DNA of 64,000 nt from a virus (taxonomy: Duplodnaviria > Caudoviricetes), in IMG/VR virus record IMGVR_UViG_3300035182_002389, positions 64,001 through 128,000 of that record, one strand, 5' to 3'. Positions 37,710 to 46,663 of the stretch are shown here, piece after piece. Both the position numbers and the translations under genes were made by a program. The notes under the pieces were generated by a model, which saw only the letters and a program-made list of their open reading frames with translations, was not told the origin of the DNA and made no database searches. Numbering within the stretch: the first letter of the stretch is position 1; every line of letters starts with the position of its first letter.

Positions 37710-37960
37710 GACGTCTTTCGACGAAGGATCGCGAGAAAGTAGCGCACGACATAGAGCCGCGCGCTCTCGGAGAACGTTGCGACCGAGCGGCCTTGCGGAC
37801 TTTTCGGTCGGAGCATGTCGATCTCGTTCAGGACGACGTCGATGGAGACGAGCTTGTGGCGCGCGATGGTCTCGATCGCCTCCCAGAACTCGGGCTCCAG
37901 CGACACGCTGGTGCGCTTGCCGCGAAGACTCACGTTGCGGACGTTGGCAGAGCGAGGCAT
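37706..37960 (-). CDS. ribbon-helix-helix domain protein (RHH_4-like)
   Basis: RNVSLRGKRTSVSLEPEFWEAIETIA...SESARLYVVRYF. Confidence 0.85.
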   Translation of the reverse strand: MPRSANVRNVSLRGKRTSVSLEPEFWEAIETIARHKLVSIDVVLNEIDMLRPKSPQGRSVATFSESARLYVVRYFLAILRRKTS

Positions 37961-38274
37961 CAGCGACCGATCGATCTGGCCCAGAGGTAGGTGCCCTTGG
38001 AGATGGTGTAGAAGGTGTCCCCCTTCCACGCTCGGTACTCGGACTTTTCGGCCTTCTTCTTGAGGTTGGCCTCGTAGATGCGCTGCTCGTCGCCATCCAT
38101 CCGATTGAACTTCACGCGGTCGAAGAAGTCGCGCCAGTTCGGCTTGACCTCCTCCACACGATCCGCGTACTGGCCGACCCACTCCAGCTCCGTCATCACG
38201 CCTTCGGGGAAGCGAAGCAGGCGCGCCGACGTGCCGATCGAAGAGAGTGAGGAGGAGGTCTTTCTCGAAGCCAT
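37960..38274 (-). CDS. hypothetical protein
   Basis: MASRKTSS...; coupled to the RHH start. Confidence 0.55.
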   Translation of the reverse strand: MASRKTSSSLSSIGTSARLLRFPEGVMTELEWVGQYADRVEEVKPNWRDFFDRVKFNRMDGDEQRIYEANLKKKAEKSEYRAWKGDTFYTISKGTYLWARSIGR

Positions 38275-38287
38275 GGAAACCTCTTGC

Positions 38288-38447
38288 GAGCGAAACGAGA
38301 GCGAGACGAGACGAGAGCGAGACGAGAGCGAGACGAGAGTGGGGGCTGCGCACCCCCACACCCCGCGCCACCTGCGGTGGGGCTACTGTTGGGGGCTCTG
38401 CCCCCAAACCCCCGCTGAGGGCGCTTTCAGCGCGCCCTCAGACTCCC
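38288..38447 (+). repeat. dispersed repeat family A, copy 3, with extended (GAGAC/GAGC) leader
   Basis: GAGAGCGAGACGAGACGAGAGCGAGACGAGAGCGAGACGAGA then the four-hairpin element 38339..38447. Confidence 0.92.
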
Positions 38448-38975
38448 GCCGTTGCGGGCCTTGAGCGTCGCGATCTTCGACACGAGCGTGTCGTAGCCGC
38501 GCGGCGTCGGGACGGCCTTCGGAGCGGTCGCCATCATCGGACCCGGCACGCTGCTGGAGGGCGCGGCGACGGGCGCGGGGGCCTGCATGAGCACCTTGAA
38601 CTCGTCGACGACGGCCTGGAGGTTCTGCACGGCCGTCATCAGGTCGGCGATGACCTTCGAGAAGTCGGGGTTGCTCTGCTTCAGGTCGGCGGCGGCCTGC
38701 ACGGAGGCCTGCAAGGCGTCGACGGCGCTGTTGACCGCGAGAACGCTCTCGTCGAACTTCGCCTGCGCGACGGCCTGCTTGTCGGCCGGGATGGCGGGCT
38801 TGATGCTGCCGAACACGACCTCGGCGATCGAGAGGATGGTGCTGATCGACTGGATCAGGCTCTCGGTCTGCGCGACCGGGTCCTTCTGGAAGTTCGACCA
38901 CCACGTCGAGCAACTGGTGAGCGAGAGCACGGGGACGATGAGCGCGATGGCGGTGAACTTGTAGAGCTTTCGCAT
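38427..38975 (-). CDS. putative lipoprotein, coiled-coil
   Basis: MRKLYKFTAIALIVPVLSLTSC lipobox-like; stop lies inside repeat A. Confidence 0.7.
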   Translation of the reverse strand: MRKLYKFTAIALIVPVLSLTSCSTWWSNFQKDPVAQTESLIQSISTILSIAEVVFGSIKPAIPADKQAVAQAKFDESVLAVNSAVDALQASVQAAADLKQSNPDFSKVIADLMTAVQNLQAVVDEFKVLMQAPAPVAAPSSSVPGPMMATAPKAVPTPRGYDTLVSKIATLKARNGGSLRAR

Positions 38976-39029
38976 GGTAGGGCAAGCCTATCCGCAAAGG
39001 CGGTGCGCATCTACGATCGCGCCGAAAAT

Positions 39030-39665
39030 CTACCTCGGCACGATCCAGAGCACGTCCGTGTACTTGACTCCGAGATCGGAGAGGACCGCAAGCCGGTGGA
39101 ACCCATCGAGGATAGCGCCCTGAACGTCCACCAGAACGGGCCAAGGCTTGCCGCCGCGCTTCAACTTGTCGGCGATGGCGTCGTATCGTTCGAGGTGGCT
39201 CATCTCGTCGGAGTCGCCGGAGTCATCAGCGCCTTCGCCGAACGCGTAGACGTTTCGAGAAGCTGGCGCAAAGAGCGCGATGGGCACGCCGCGCACGAGG
39301 TACACGCGACGCTTTGCGATCTCCTGGACGGCGCGCCATTGCACTGAACGTGCAAGTATCGCAGCGACCGATCTTGTCGCAGATGAGACCTCTCGCTTGG
39401 GCGAGTTTTGGATCCAACACAAACGAGGCCACTCCGAAGAAGCGGCGTACGCGGTCGCGCATTTGTTCGCGAGAGCGTGCGTTTTGCCCTCCCCCCGCAT
39501 GAAGGCGTACACGCCCGCATAGGCTCTCGACGGGCTCTGTGACATGCCTTCCACGCGCAGCCGACGGTACTCGGCCGAGAAATGTTCCAGCGTCACGTTC
39601 GACGCCCGGAAGAGCCCCGTCGACTTGACGAAGGCTCGGTACTCTTTGCGGATCTCGCTGAGCAT
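39030..39665 (-). CDS. protein with C-terminal ParB-like domain
   Basis: PVLVDVQGAILDGFHRLAVL; TAATCT 6 nt before the ATG. Confidence 0.6.
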   Translation of the reverse strand: MLSEIRKEYRAFVKSTGLFRASNVTLEHFSAEYRRLRVEGMSQSPSRAYAGVYAFMRGEGKTHALANKCATAYAASSEWPRLCWIQNSPKREVSSATRSVAAILARSVQWRAVQEIAKRRVYLVRGVPIALFAPASRNVYAFGEGADDSGDSDEMSHLERYDAIADKLKRGGKPWPVLVDVQGAILDGFHRLAVLSDLGVKYTDVLWIVPR

Positions 39666-39733
39666 GAGGTCAGATTATCCGCGAAGGCGGCGCACATCCA
39701 TGGCGCGACGAGCTTGTGGTAAGTTCGAGCCCC

Positions 39734-40222
39734 ATGAACTCTGTGGTCCTCAGTTCAGGCAACAGCTTCATCGTTCACGGGCGCGGGGCGTTCCGTGAAA
39801 GGCGCTTCCACTCGGGGAGCGAAGCGGCCCTCTACGCGGCCAAGAAATCCATGGCGGGCCATGGCCTCGTCCTGATCGACGTTGTCGAGGCGCCGCGCGG
39901 CGCCGTTCAAGGATCGCTCTGGAAGACCTTCGGGCGAGGCGCGCATCGCGCCTTGCAGACCCTCAAAATCTTCGTCGAGCACCGCCCGAACGAACACCTG
40001 TCGAGCTTCCAAGGCTCCGTCGATCCTGCGGTCACGGGCTATCGCATCTCCTCGCGCAAGCTCGGATCGGGCCACCGGACCATGGTCAAGGACCTCGGCC
40101 GGGCGTTCAAGGAGGCCATCTGGGGCAGCTTGCGGACCGGCGAGGCCGCCGTCATCTGGGAGGTCAGTCGCGACGGCAACAACCGCTCCCCGTACACCGT
40201 CTCGGCCGAGCAGGTCCAATAG
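39734..40222 (+). CDS. hypothetical protein
   Basis: 162-aa coding-like ORF downstream of a dyad-like site. Confidence 0.55.
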   Translation: MNSVVLSSGNSFIVHGRGAFRERRFHSGSEAALYAAKKSMAGHGLVLIDVVEAPRGAVQGSLWKTFGRGAHRALQTLKIFVEHRPNEHLSSFQGSVDPAVTGYRISSRKLGSGHRTMVKDLGRAFKEAIWGSLRTGEAAVIWEVSRDGNNRSPYTVSAEQVQ

Positions 40223-40231
40223 AGCTTCGCC

Positions 40232-40711
40232 TTACATTCGAGGCTCGCGGATCATGACGCCGGGAAGAAAATCCGGGGCCTTCTCCAGCTTGAAGCCGAA
40301 CCGCTCGTAGTAGGCCACGAGTCGAGCGCGCTGCTTGTGCTCTGGATAGAGCGCGATTCGATACCCTCGCTCGTCGGCGAAATCCGTGAGCGCCTGGACT
40401 GCGCGCGATCCGAGGCCTTGGCCGCGCATCTTCATCGGCACCTTGAGGTCGATGAGCATGACGATGGGCGGGCCAGCCTTGTACTCCACGAGCGCTGTCG
40501 CGAACTCGCCGCGAACACCGAGCGTTCGACGCACGGTTGCACTGAATCGAGCCAGCTCGTCGGCGCGTGCGCGAGAGGGTGAGCGGTGCACGGGAGTCAG
40601 CCTACCGGCAACGGTGATGCGCATCCACCCCCTCGCTCTCGCCCTCACAATCTGATGCCTCATCCGAGGCCGCTGCCGAGCCTGGGGCGGGCCCAGGCGG
40701 GGACGGGGCAT
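40232..40711 (-). CDS. GNAT-family acetyltransferase-like protein (start may be 40624)
   Basis: LKVPMKMRGQGLGSRAV...LVAYYERFGF. Confidence 0.8.
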   Translation of the reverse strand: MPRPRLGPPQARQRPRMRHQIVRARARGWMRITVAGRLTPVHRSPSRARADELARFSATVRRTLGVRGEFATALVEYKAGPPIVMLIDLKVPMKMRGQGLGSRAVQALTDFADERGYRIALYPEHKQRARLVAYYERFGFKLEKAPDFLPGVMIREPRM

Positions 40712-40754
40712 CAGATTCTACGATGAGCAGGTGGTTGCGGCGGCGCGCCTCAGC

Positions 40755-41015
40755 TCACGTGAAGGTCTTGAGGTACTTCAAACCGGCGATCTCATCGGGC
40801 TCGTACTTCTCAGCTCCGAAGAGATCGAGCGTCGCATCGCGATAGTCGTGGATAGCGCCAGATGCGATTTGCTTCGCGTCGGACGCTGTTGCTACGAGAC
40901 CGTCTCGCGAGGGGGCCACCTTCGCCACCATGTCGAGGCGCTGAGCCCGCGAAAGAACGCTGCCCCACAGGATGCCGCAGAGCTTTTTCTCAATGGTCAC
41001 AGCGCGTCGGGCCAT
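40755..41015 (-). CDS. hypothetical protein
   Basis: 86-aa coding-like ORF. Confidence 0.55.
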   Translation of the reverse strand: MARRAVTIEKKLCGILWGSVLSRAQRLDMVAKVAPSRDGLVATASDAKQIASGAIHDYRDATLDLFGAEKYEPDEIAGLKYLKTFT

Positions 41016-41126
41016 ACGAGCGAGGGTAGATCGTCAAAGCGGAAAGTTCAACGAAGCGGGCCGGGGCATCAGATTCTACGATGAGCAGGTGAGTGCGGTG
41101 GCGCAGCTCATGGCAGATTTCTCGCC

Positions 41127-41390
41127 ATGTCCAAAGACAAGGCCAAGGCGCAGCTCGTTGACGAACTGATGCACCGTTACAAGCACATGACCGACCTCGA
41201 AGCCTACGATCTCGTCGAGCGCTTCGAGCGCGTCATCAAGCCGAACCTGCCCGCCGCCGCGAACTTCATCCGGCTCGAAGACGCGGCCCTCGCGGCGAGC
41301 TTGGATCTGGGGCTCGGCACTTCCTACGGAACGAGCTACCGACACCGCGGAACGCCGACGAGTCTCAGCGTCCCTCACCGGCGCCGCTGA
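41127..41390 (+). CDS. hypothetical protein
   Basis: 87-aa ORF. Confidence 0.5.
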   Translation: MSKDKAKAQLVDELMHRYKHMTDLEAYDLVERFERVIKPNLPAAANFIRLEDAALAASLDLGLGTSYGTSYRHRGTPTSLSVPHRRR

Positions 41391-41395
41391 CGTTC

Positions 41396-41410
41396 GACTT
41401 GCGGCAAGCC
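41396..41410. promoter_or_regulatory. dyad motif
   Basis: GACTTGCGGCAAGCC. Confidence 0.75.
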
Positions 41411-41502
41411 GCATGCGACGATGCGGGCCATGGCTGCCAAACGCCGCACGAAGGAGTGCGGCGGCGCAGTTCCGCCTCACGCCTCGTGATACGATCGCGA
41501 AC

Positions 41503-41865
41503 ATGGTCACGATCCGCGCCGTGCGCGCCCCTACGGACTACATCTTCTTCCATGCGACTCGGCACAAGTCGCCCAGGAAAAGCGGCCCTGTCTACCTGAC
41601 GCCAGATCGCGCGAGAGCCTCAACGTACGGCCCGAACATGTTCGTTGGCGCGCTCACGAAAAGCGTCAACCTGCTTTTCGCAACCTCCGGCGACGAGATC
41701 GTAGACGCGGTCGGCGGCGATTCCTCCGAACAGGTCGTCGGCGAGGTTGTCGACCTACTGCGCGATCGTGGGGACGTCGACGGCTTCTGGATCAAGCGCC
41801 CGAACGATCTCGAAGAGATCCTTCTGCTCGACGCGAGTCTCCTGAAGTGGAGGGCCGCCCGTTGA
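41503..41865 (+). CDS. ART-fold-like small protein
   Basis: FFHAT...GPVYLTPDRARASTYG...; TACGAT 7 nt before the ATG. Confidence 0.5.
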   Translation: MVTIRAVRAPTDYIFFHATRHKSPRKSGPVYLTPDRARASTYGPNMFVGALTKSVNLLFATSGDEIVDAVGGDSSEQVVGEVVDLLRDRGDVDGFWIKRPNDLEEILLLDASLLKWRAAR

Positions 41866-42052
41866 GCGCGCAAACTCCCGACGCCCCCTTCGATTGGGAC
41901 TGCGCTGCCCGCGGACACGACATGTCCGGCGGCTGCGCGGCGTGCGGCGAAGACGCCTACGTGATTGTCGATGCCTTGCTCGCCGAAAACGCAGAGCTGC
42001 GCGCCAAGTTTGCCCGATACGAAACGCCCGAAGCATCGTAAGATTCGACATC

Positions 42053-42523
42053 ATGGCTGCCAAGCGCCGCGCGAAGTTCGGCAAAGAGGACATCGGAGCC
42101 ATCACCTACGTCAGCGCAGGGTCGCCCGCGGCGATGGAGTTCGGCCTGGTCGGCAACGTGCGGTGCACGGCGTGCGGCACGCGCATCTCACACGTCTACA
42201 TGACGGACGTCGGACCGCTCGGCGGCGATTGTCTCGCGACCATCACAGGGGACGAGACCACGCGCGCTGCCGTTCGCGGGCTCGTCACCAAACTGCGCAG
42301 TCTTCCTTGGATCGAGCTGTACAAGTTCGAGGTCGAGCAGACGGGGCCGCGCACCACATGCGTCCGCGCGTACTGGCAAGAGTCGGGACGCCTCTACGTC
42401 ATCTGGTGCGGGGCTCTTGTGCCCGACATCGCGGCGTCCATCATGCGCGACCGGATCGCCGCATGGGCCGAGGAGCGCGGCTTGATGGGACGCCCCGTCA
42501 GCATCGTCTCCGCGAAGCGGTGA
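42053..42523 (+). CDS. Zn-finger protein
   Basis: CTACGTRISHVY...GGDC; similar to the N-terminus of 43571..44101. Confidence 0.6.
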   Translation: MAAKRRAKFGKEDIGAITYVSAGSPAAMEFGLVGNVRCTACGTRISHVYMTDVGPLGGDCLATITGDETTRAAVRGLVTKLRSLPWIELYKFEVEQTGPRTTCVRAYWQESGRLYVIWCGALVPDIAASIMRDRIAAWAEERGLMGRPVSIVSAKR

Positions 42524-42527
42524 GCCG

Positions 42528-42809
42528 TCAGCGGAACACGCGGTTTCGGCAACTGCGGATGGTCTCCTCGTAGGACGTCGCCTTCGCGGGCATGTACGCG
42601 CCGATGGACCCGTCCCAGGTCTTGCCGACGAACACGGCGTGCCACGGTTTCGCGATGCCTGCGCGGTTGTAGAGGATGACGAACGTCCCCTTCGGGCCCT
42701 TCCAGGCCTCGTAGACCGCCCACTGTTTGTCGTCGTACGCGATGCCGTGCCGACGCATGTCGGCGAGCGTGACGGTCGCGGGCTCTGCGAAGTCGGCGAT
42801 GACGGACAT
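42528..42809 (-). CDS. hypothetical protein
   Basis: TAGGAT 6 nt before the ATG. Confidence 0.6.
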   Translation of the reverse strand: MSVIADFAEPATVTLADMRRHGIAYDDKQWAVYEAWKGPKGTFVILYNRAGIAKPWHAVFVGKTWDGSIGAYMPAKATSYEETIRSCRNRVFR

Positions 42810-42818
42810 GGGCCAATC

Positions 42819-43196
42819 CTATCGCCGAACAGAAGCGCGCGCGAGAAGCGCTTGCGCTTCGCGGATCTCGCTCGCCTTGTAGGCGTACAGCGGCTTGCTT
42901 GCGCCCATGTACTTGCGTCGCAACTTCGCCTCCGAATCGAAGTGCTCGATCGTGGGCTTCACGAGATCGAACCATCGGTCCTTGAGACTCGCGATCGTCT
43001 TGCGCCCTTCGACGTCGATGGCCTCGTTTGTCGCCGGGTCGAGGACGAACACGTGCGCGACGCTCGGCAACGAACGACTCCATCGCGAGCCTTCATCGAC
43101 CAGCGCGGCCAGCGGAAATCCTGTCCGACGATGAAGGGCAATCGCGAAGTACGCGCAGCCTTCGAGCATGTAGTAGTCAAGAACCGCGTTGCTCAT
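42819..43196 (-). CDS. papain/transglutaminase-fold-like small protein
   Basis: LEGCAYFAIAL...AHVFV...AIDVEG. Confidence 0.55.
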   Translation of the reverse strand: MSNAVLDYYMLEGCAYFAIALHRRTGFPLAALVDEGSRWSRSLPSVAHVFVLDPATNEAIDVEGRKTIASLKDRWFDLVKPTIEHFDSEAKLRRKYMGASKPLYAYKASEIREAQALLARASVRR

Positions 43197-43556
43197 TCAC
43201 CCCTCGCCGCGGCGACGCATGGACGCGTACCAGCGTGAGCCGTGCGCCGACCAATCACCACGCAGCTTGATCGAAGGGTCAATGCGCCGGGCCTCTCGAA
43301 AGAGGGCGGTCGCGACGCCGCGGCCCCGATAGGCGGGGTCGGCCTCGATGTGGGCGATGCCTCCTCCCGAGTACCACTGCAAGAGGCCGACGACCTTGCT
43401 CCCGCGCGTGATGCGTCCGAAGCCTTCGACGCCTTCGAGCGGCGTCTTCTCGGTGCCGGCCGAGCGATGCCCGGATACCGTCGCCGCGACGTGCGAATCG
43501 CTGCTCTCGTCGTACTCGTGCGAAAAGGCGACCTTCTTGCGAGCTTCCTTGGCCAT
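43197..43556 (-). CDS. GNAT-family acetyltransferase-like protein
   Basis: IAHIEADPAYRGRGVATALF. Confidence 0.8.
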   Translation of the reverse strand: MAKEARKKVAFSHEYDESSDSHVAATVSGHRSAGTEKTPLEGVEGFGRITRGSKVVGLLQWYSGGGIAHIEADPAYRGRGVATALFREARRIDPSIKLRGDWSAHGSRWYASMRRRGEG

Positions 43557-43570
43557 GATTCGAGGTTATC

Positions 43571-44101
43571 TCACCCGAGCGACGAACCGTAGATGGACGT
43601 GACGAGGCGATCCGGGCTCTCGACGTCCTCTTTACGGGCGCCTCGAACGCGAGCTTCGAGCGCGCTGGCCTGCGCGGCGGCCATCGGCAAGCCCGCAGCG
43701 ACGCGCCCCGCATCCGTCAGGCGAATCCCTCGATCGATGGTCAAGAGACCTTTCTTTTCGAGCGCTTTGGCCGCTGTTCAGCCCGCGCCGGCGGGGTTCT
43801 GCATGCTGAAGATCAGGTCGCGACGCTCGACGAGCGCAAGATCCTCGATGACCTTCTTCTGCGCGGGCGGCAGACAGCCCTCCTTTTCGCGAAGGGCACG
43901 GCGCGCGGCGGCAAGCTCGGCGCGGAACGCTGCGAGCCCCTCGCCGCCTTCGAGCGTCGCTGCGCAGTCCATACCGACGATCATCTTGCGACCGTCCGAG
44001 TGCTCGACGTAGACGGGGACGTCGATGCGCTGGCCGCACCGCTCGCAGAACGTGCGGAACTTCTTTGCGCCGAGCGCGTGCCAGCGGCCCTTGGAGGACA
44101 T
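43571..44101 (-). pseudogene. Zn-finger plus winged-helix protein interrupted by an in-frame TGA at 43778-43780
   Basis: frame continues 68 codons past the stop: NPAGAG*TAAKALEKKGLLTIDRGIRLTDAGR. Confidence 0.6.
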
Positions 44102-44116
44102 GGGCGCAATCCTAGC

Positions 44117-44131
44117 GGCTTGTCAGAAGTC
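44117..44131. promoter_or_regulatory. dyad motif
   Basis: GGCTTGTCAGAAGTC between divergent genes. Confidence 0.75.
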
Positions 44132-44176
44132 GGCGCGCTCTTTTTCGATCCAGGAGCGCGTGGCACGTTTGGCGTC

Positions 44177-44463
44177 ATGAATCGCTACAGCCGCCGAGGT
44201 GAGACGGACAAGGACGACATCATCGCGACCTCTCCTACGACGCTGCTCTTCGTCTCGCCGCCTACGAGGCGCTCTACGACCACCTCAAGCGCGATCCGGC
44301 CATGCTCGCGAAGGTGCCGAAGCGTCAGTAGGGCGTCCCCTGGGAGCCCGAGGACGGGCCGATGGAGCCCGGCGATCGGCTCATCTACGAGCTGAAGGTC
44401 GACCCGGCGTGGCTGCATCGGGCCGCATCGAAGATCGCGAAGGGTCTCGGCGGCGTTCTCTGA
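44177..44463 (+). pseudogene. degraded small gene (1-nt frameshift near 44224, in-frame TAG at 44329)
   Basis: MNRYSRRGETDKDDII / RDLSYDAALRLAAYEALYDHLKRDPAMLAKVPKRQ*GVPWEPEDG...GGVL*. Confidence 0.5.
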
Positions 44464-44479
44464 GCGCAGGCAGCGCGTG

Positions 44480-44494
44480 GACTTGTGCCAAGTC
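44480..44494. promoter_or_regulatory. dyad motif
   Basis: GACTTGTGCCAAGTC. Confidence 0.75.
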
Positions 44495-44514
44495 CTCGTG
44501 ATAATCTGCTCTCC

Positions 44515-44910
44515 ATGGCCTCCAAGCATTCGATGCGCGGTTCGCTGACCTCCCTCGATCCCGTCGAACCGGCGCCGGAGGTCACGATCGAGCTGCTGCC
44601 GCAGTACAGCCGCGCGTCGAACGGCAAGAAGACGCTCTCGCGCGTCGTCTCGTCCGTTCGGGTGCACTGGCTCGGCACCGGGCAGTGGCCGTCCAAGCCG
44701 CGCGTCCAGGTACTTCGCGAGCGAAGCGTCGCCGAGCTGACGAACGTCGGTGGGACCTTCGTCGGAGACGCAACCAAGACGGAGATCAAGGCGGAGATCC
44801 TCCTGCGCGTCGAGCGCGAGCTTCGCCGCCTCCACATCGTGCCGTCTCGCGTGCGCGTGAGCTGGGTGAAGGCCATCTCCTCCATGCCGTCGAGCCTCTC
44901 GATCGGGTGA
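44515..44910 (+). CDS. hypothetical protein
   Basis: dyad plus TAATCT 7 nt before the ATG. Confidence 0.6.
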   Translation: MASKHSMRGSLTSLDPVEPAPEVTIELLPQYSRASNGKKTLSRVVSSVRVHWLGTGQWPSKPRVQVLRERSVAELTNVGGTFVGDATKTEIKAEILLRVERELRRLHIVPSRVRVSWVKAISSMPSSLSIG

Positions 44911-45422
44911 TGGTCCACGCGCCGCGCTTCTCGTTCCGCGTCGACCCGAAGACGGGCGCTGTCCGCGGCCATCTTTCGAGCGTGCCGTCGATCAGCTCCA
45001 TCGGCTTCTACCCGGCGTCGTTCGGGCGAGACAGCTACGTGCGCGGCAAGGAGGCGCCCGAGTTCCTCCGCGTCGAGCTGGTGAAAGAAGGCGAGAAGGC
45101 GCCCGGGTTCGTCCTCGCACGCAAGCTCGACGCAAAGGACGTCAACAAGCACTGCCGGCAAGGGCTCGAAGAGCTGAGCCGCTCGCCGATCGTGTACCTC
45201 GTCTACGCTTCGGCCGTGCACCACCCGCATCGCGGCCAGGGGCTCGGCGCGCTACTCTACGCAACGGCGCTGGTCCTCGCGAGCGTGGAGGGCGCGCCCA
45301 TCGTTGCCGACGACTGCTTCGGTGGCATCACGAGCGAGCTTGCTTCACAGGTCTGGCGAAGCCGCGCGCTCGCCGAGGTCGCGCACGTGCGAGGCAACGT
45401 TGCCGTCTTGAAGCGTCAGTAG
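44910..45422 (+). CDS. GNAT-like protein (paralog family with 53382 and 56092)
   Basis: SAVHHPHRGQGLGALLYATAL...ADDC..G.TS..A.QVW.SR.L. Confidence 0.65.
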   Translation: MVHAPRFSFRVDPKTGAVRGHLSSVPSISSIGFYPASFGRDSYVRGKEAPEFLRVELVKEGEKAPGFVLARKLDAKDVNKHCRQGLEELSRSPIVYLVYASAVHHPHRGQGLGALLYATALVLASVEGAPIVADDCFGGITSELASQVWRSRALAEVAHVRGNVAVLKRQ

Positions 45423-45907
45423 GTGACGCCCGCGACCTCGGCCGCGTCGACGTGCGAGCCCACGCTGTCGTGCCAGGCGATCGTGACCGTCACGGGCTTT
45501 GCGTCCATCACCGTGAAATCGGGCGCGTCGATCGGGGAGCGGTAGGCCAGCACGCCCGAGGGGCTCACGTCGATCTTGTCGACGACGGCGCCAGAGGCTG
45601 CCGGGATGAACTTCACCCCTGCGCCGATGGGCAACTGGTTCGGCGTCGCGATGCCGCCACTGAGGACCACGGGCAGGGTCGTCTCGGCATACGGGCCCGA
45701 GCCCGGCGAGGTCCCCTTGAGCGGAGGGAAGGTCGGGGGCGCGTTCTTCACCGCGCTCACGTTCGAGCCGCCGGCGGGCGCCGTGTTCGCGGTCCCGCGG
45801 TTCTTCAGGAGCAGATAGCCGACCGCGACGACGCCAGCGGCTCCGAGCAGGAGCAGCGTCGTGTTCGATCCGGGCGAGGTCTTCGGGCTGAGCGAGTCGC
45901 CGGACAT
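45416..45907 (-). CDS. N-terminally membrane-anchored protein
   Basis: LLLLGAAGVVAVGYLLLKNR. Confidence 0.7.
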   Translation of the reverse strand: MSGDSLSPKTSPGSNTTLLLLGAAGVVAVGYLLLKNRGTANTAPAGGSNVSAVKNAPPTFPPLKGTSPGSGPYAETTLPVVLSGGIATPNQLPIGAGVKFIPAASGAVVDKIDVSPSGVLAYRSPIDAPDFTVMDAKPVTVTIAWHDSVGSHVDAAEVAGVTY

Positions 45908-45932
45908 CAGTTTGTCTTCCTTGCGACCCGCT

Positions 45933-46340
45933 TCAGGACGGCGTGTAGCCGAGCGCTGCCGCCAGATCGGCGATCTGCTTTGCGGCGGCCGTAAAACCGT
46001 TCGCGACGAGCTTGTTGTAGTACGACTCGTAGAGGAACTTGCCCGTCGATGCCGTCGCGGTCCCCGCCTTCTGCATGAGGACGGCCTTGTCGTAGTTGCC
46101 CTTCACCATGTCCCAATCGCTCGACAGATCGGCGATCGTCGTCGTCGATGGAGACGCTACGGGCGCGGCCGGCGTGGAAGGCGCGGCCGGCGTGGAAGGC
46201 GCGGCGGGCGCAGCAGGCGCAGCCGGTGTGGAAGGAGCAGCGGGCGCGATCAACGACTGCGCCGCGGTGCTCTTGCGAGTGAAGAGGTAGATCGCGGCGC
46301 CGGCAACGCCGACCCCCAACAGAAGGTGAATGGTCTTCAT
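45933..46340 (-). CDS. N-terminally membrane-anchored protein with Pro/Ala linker
   Basis: LLLGVGVAGAAIYLFTRK; PAAPSTPAAP repeats. Confidence 0.75.
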   Translation of the reverse strand: MKTIHLLLGVGVAGAAIYLFTRKSTAAQSLIAPAAPSTPAAPAAPAAPSTPAAPSTPAAPVASPSTTTIADLSSDWDMVKGNYDKAVLMQKAGTATASTGKFLYESYYNKLVANGFTAAAKQIADLAAALGYTPS

Positions 46341-46359
46341 TGGTCTGCGTTCGCCTTTC

Positions 46360-46617
46360 CTACAACCCGAGGGAGGTCTTCACGTGCTTCATTGCGGCGA
46401 GCGCGTCGTCGCGCTCTTCGCGCGGGCTCTCTTCGTCTTTCGCCGCTTCCTTGAGCCACCACCAGAAGGTCTGGAGCTGCTTTGCGTTCTTGAACGTCAC
46501 GTACGATCCGTTGCGATCGTACTCGTACTTCGCGTCCGACATGTCCACCGCGAGGGTGATGAAGTGCTTGATCGCCATCGGCGCAAAGCGGACCGTCGCC
46601 GGGAAGGTGAGGCTCAT
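46360..46617 (-). CDS. hypothetical protein
   Basis: 85-aa ORF with a dyad-like site and TACGTT upstream. Confidence 0.6.
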   Translation of the reverse strand: MSLTFPATVRFAPMAIKHFITLAVDMSDAKYEYDRNGSYVTFKNAKQLQTFWWWLKEAAKDEESPREERDDALAAMKHVKTSLGL

Positions 46618-46663
46618 GGTTCGCCCAACGTATCACAGCTTGTCGCGAGCCACTCTCAAACGC

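Noticed and set aside
43778-44331. Genome-wide stop-codon reassignment (TGA or TAG)
   Set aside because: Most genes end cleanly at TGA (many ATGA overlaps) and several at TAG, and long conserved genes have no internal stops.
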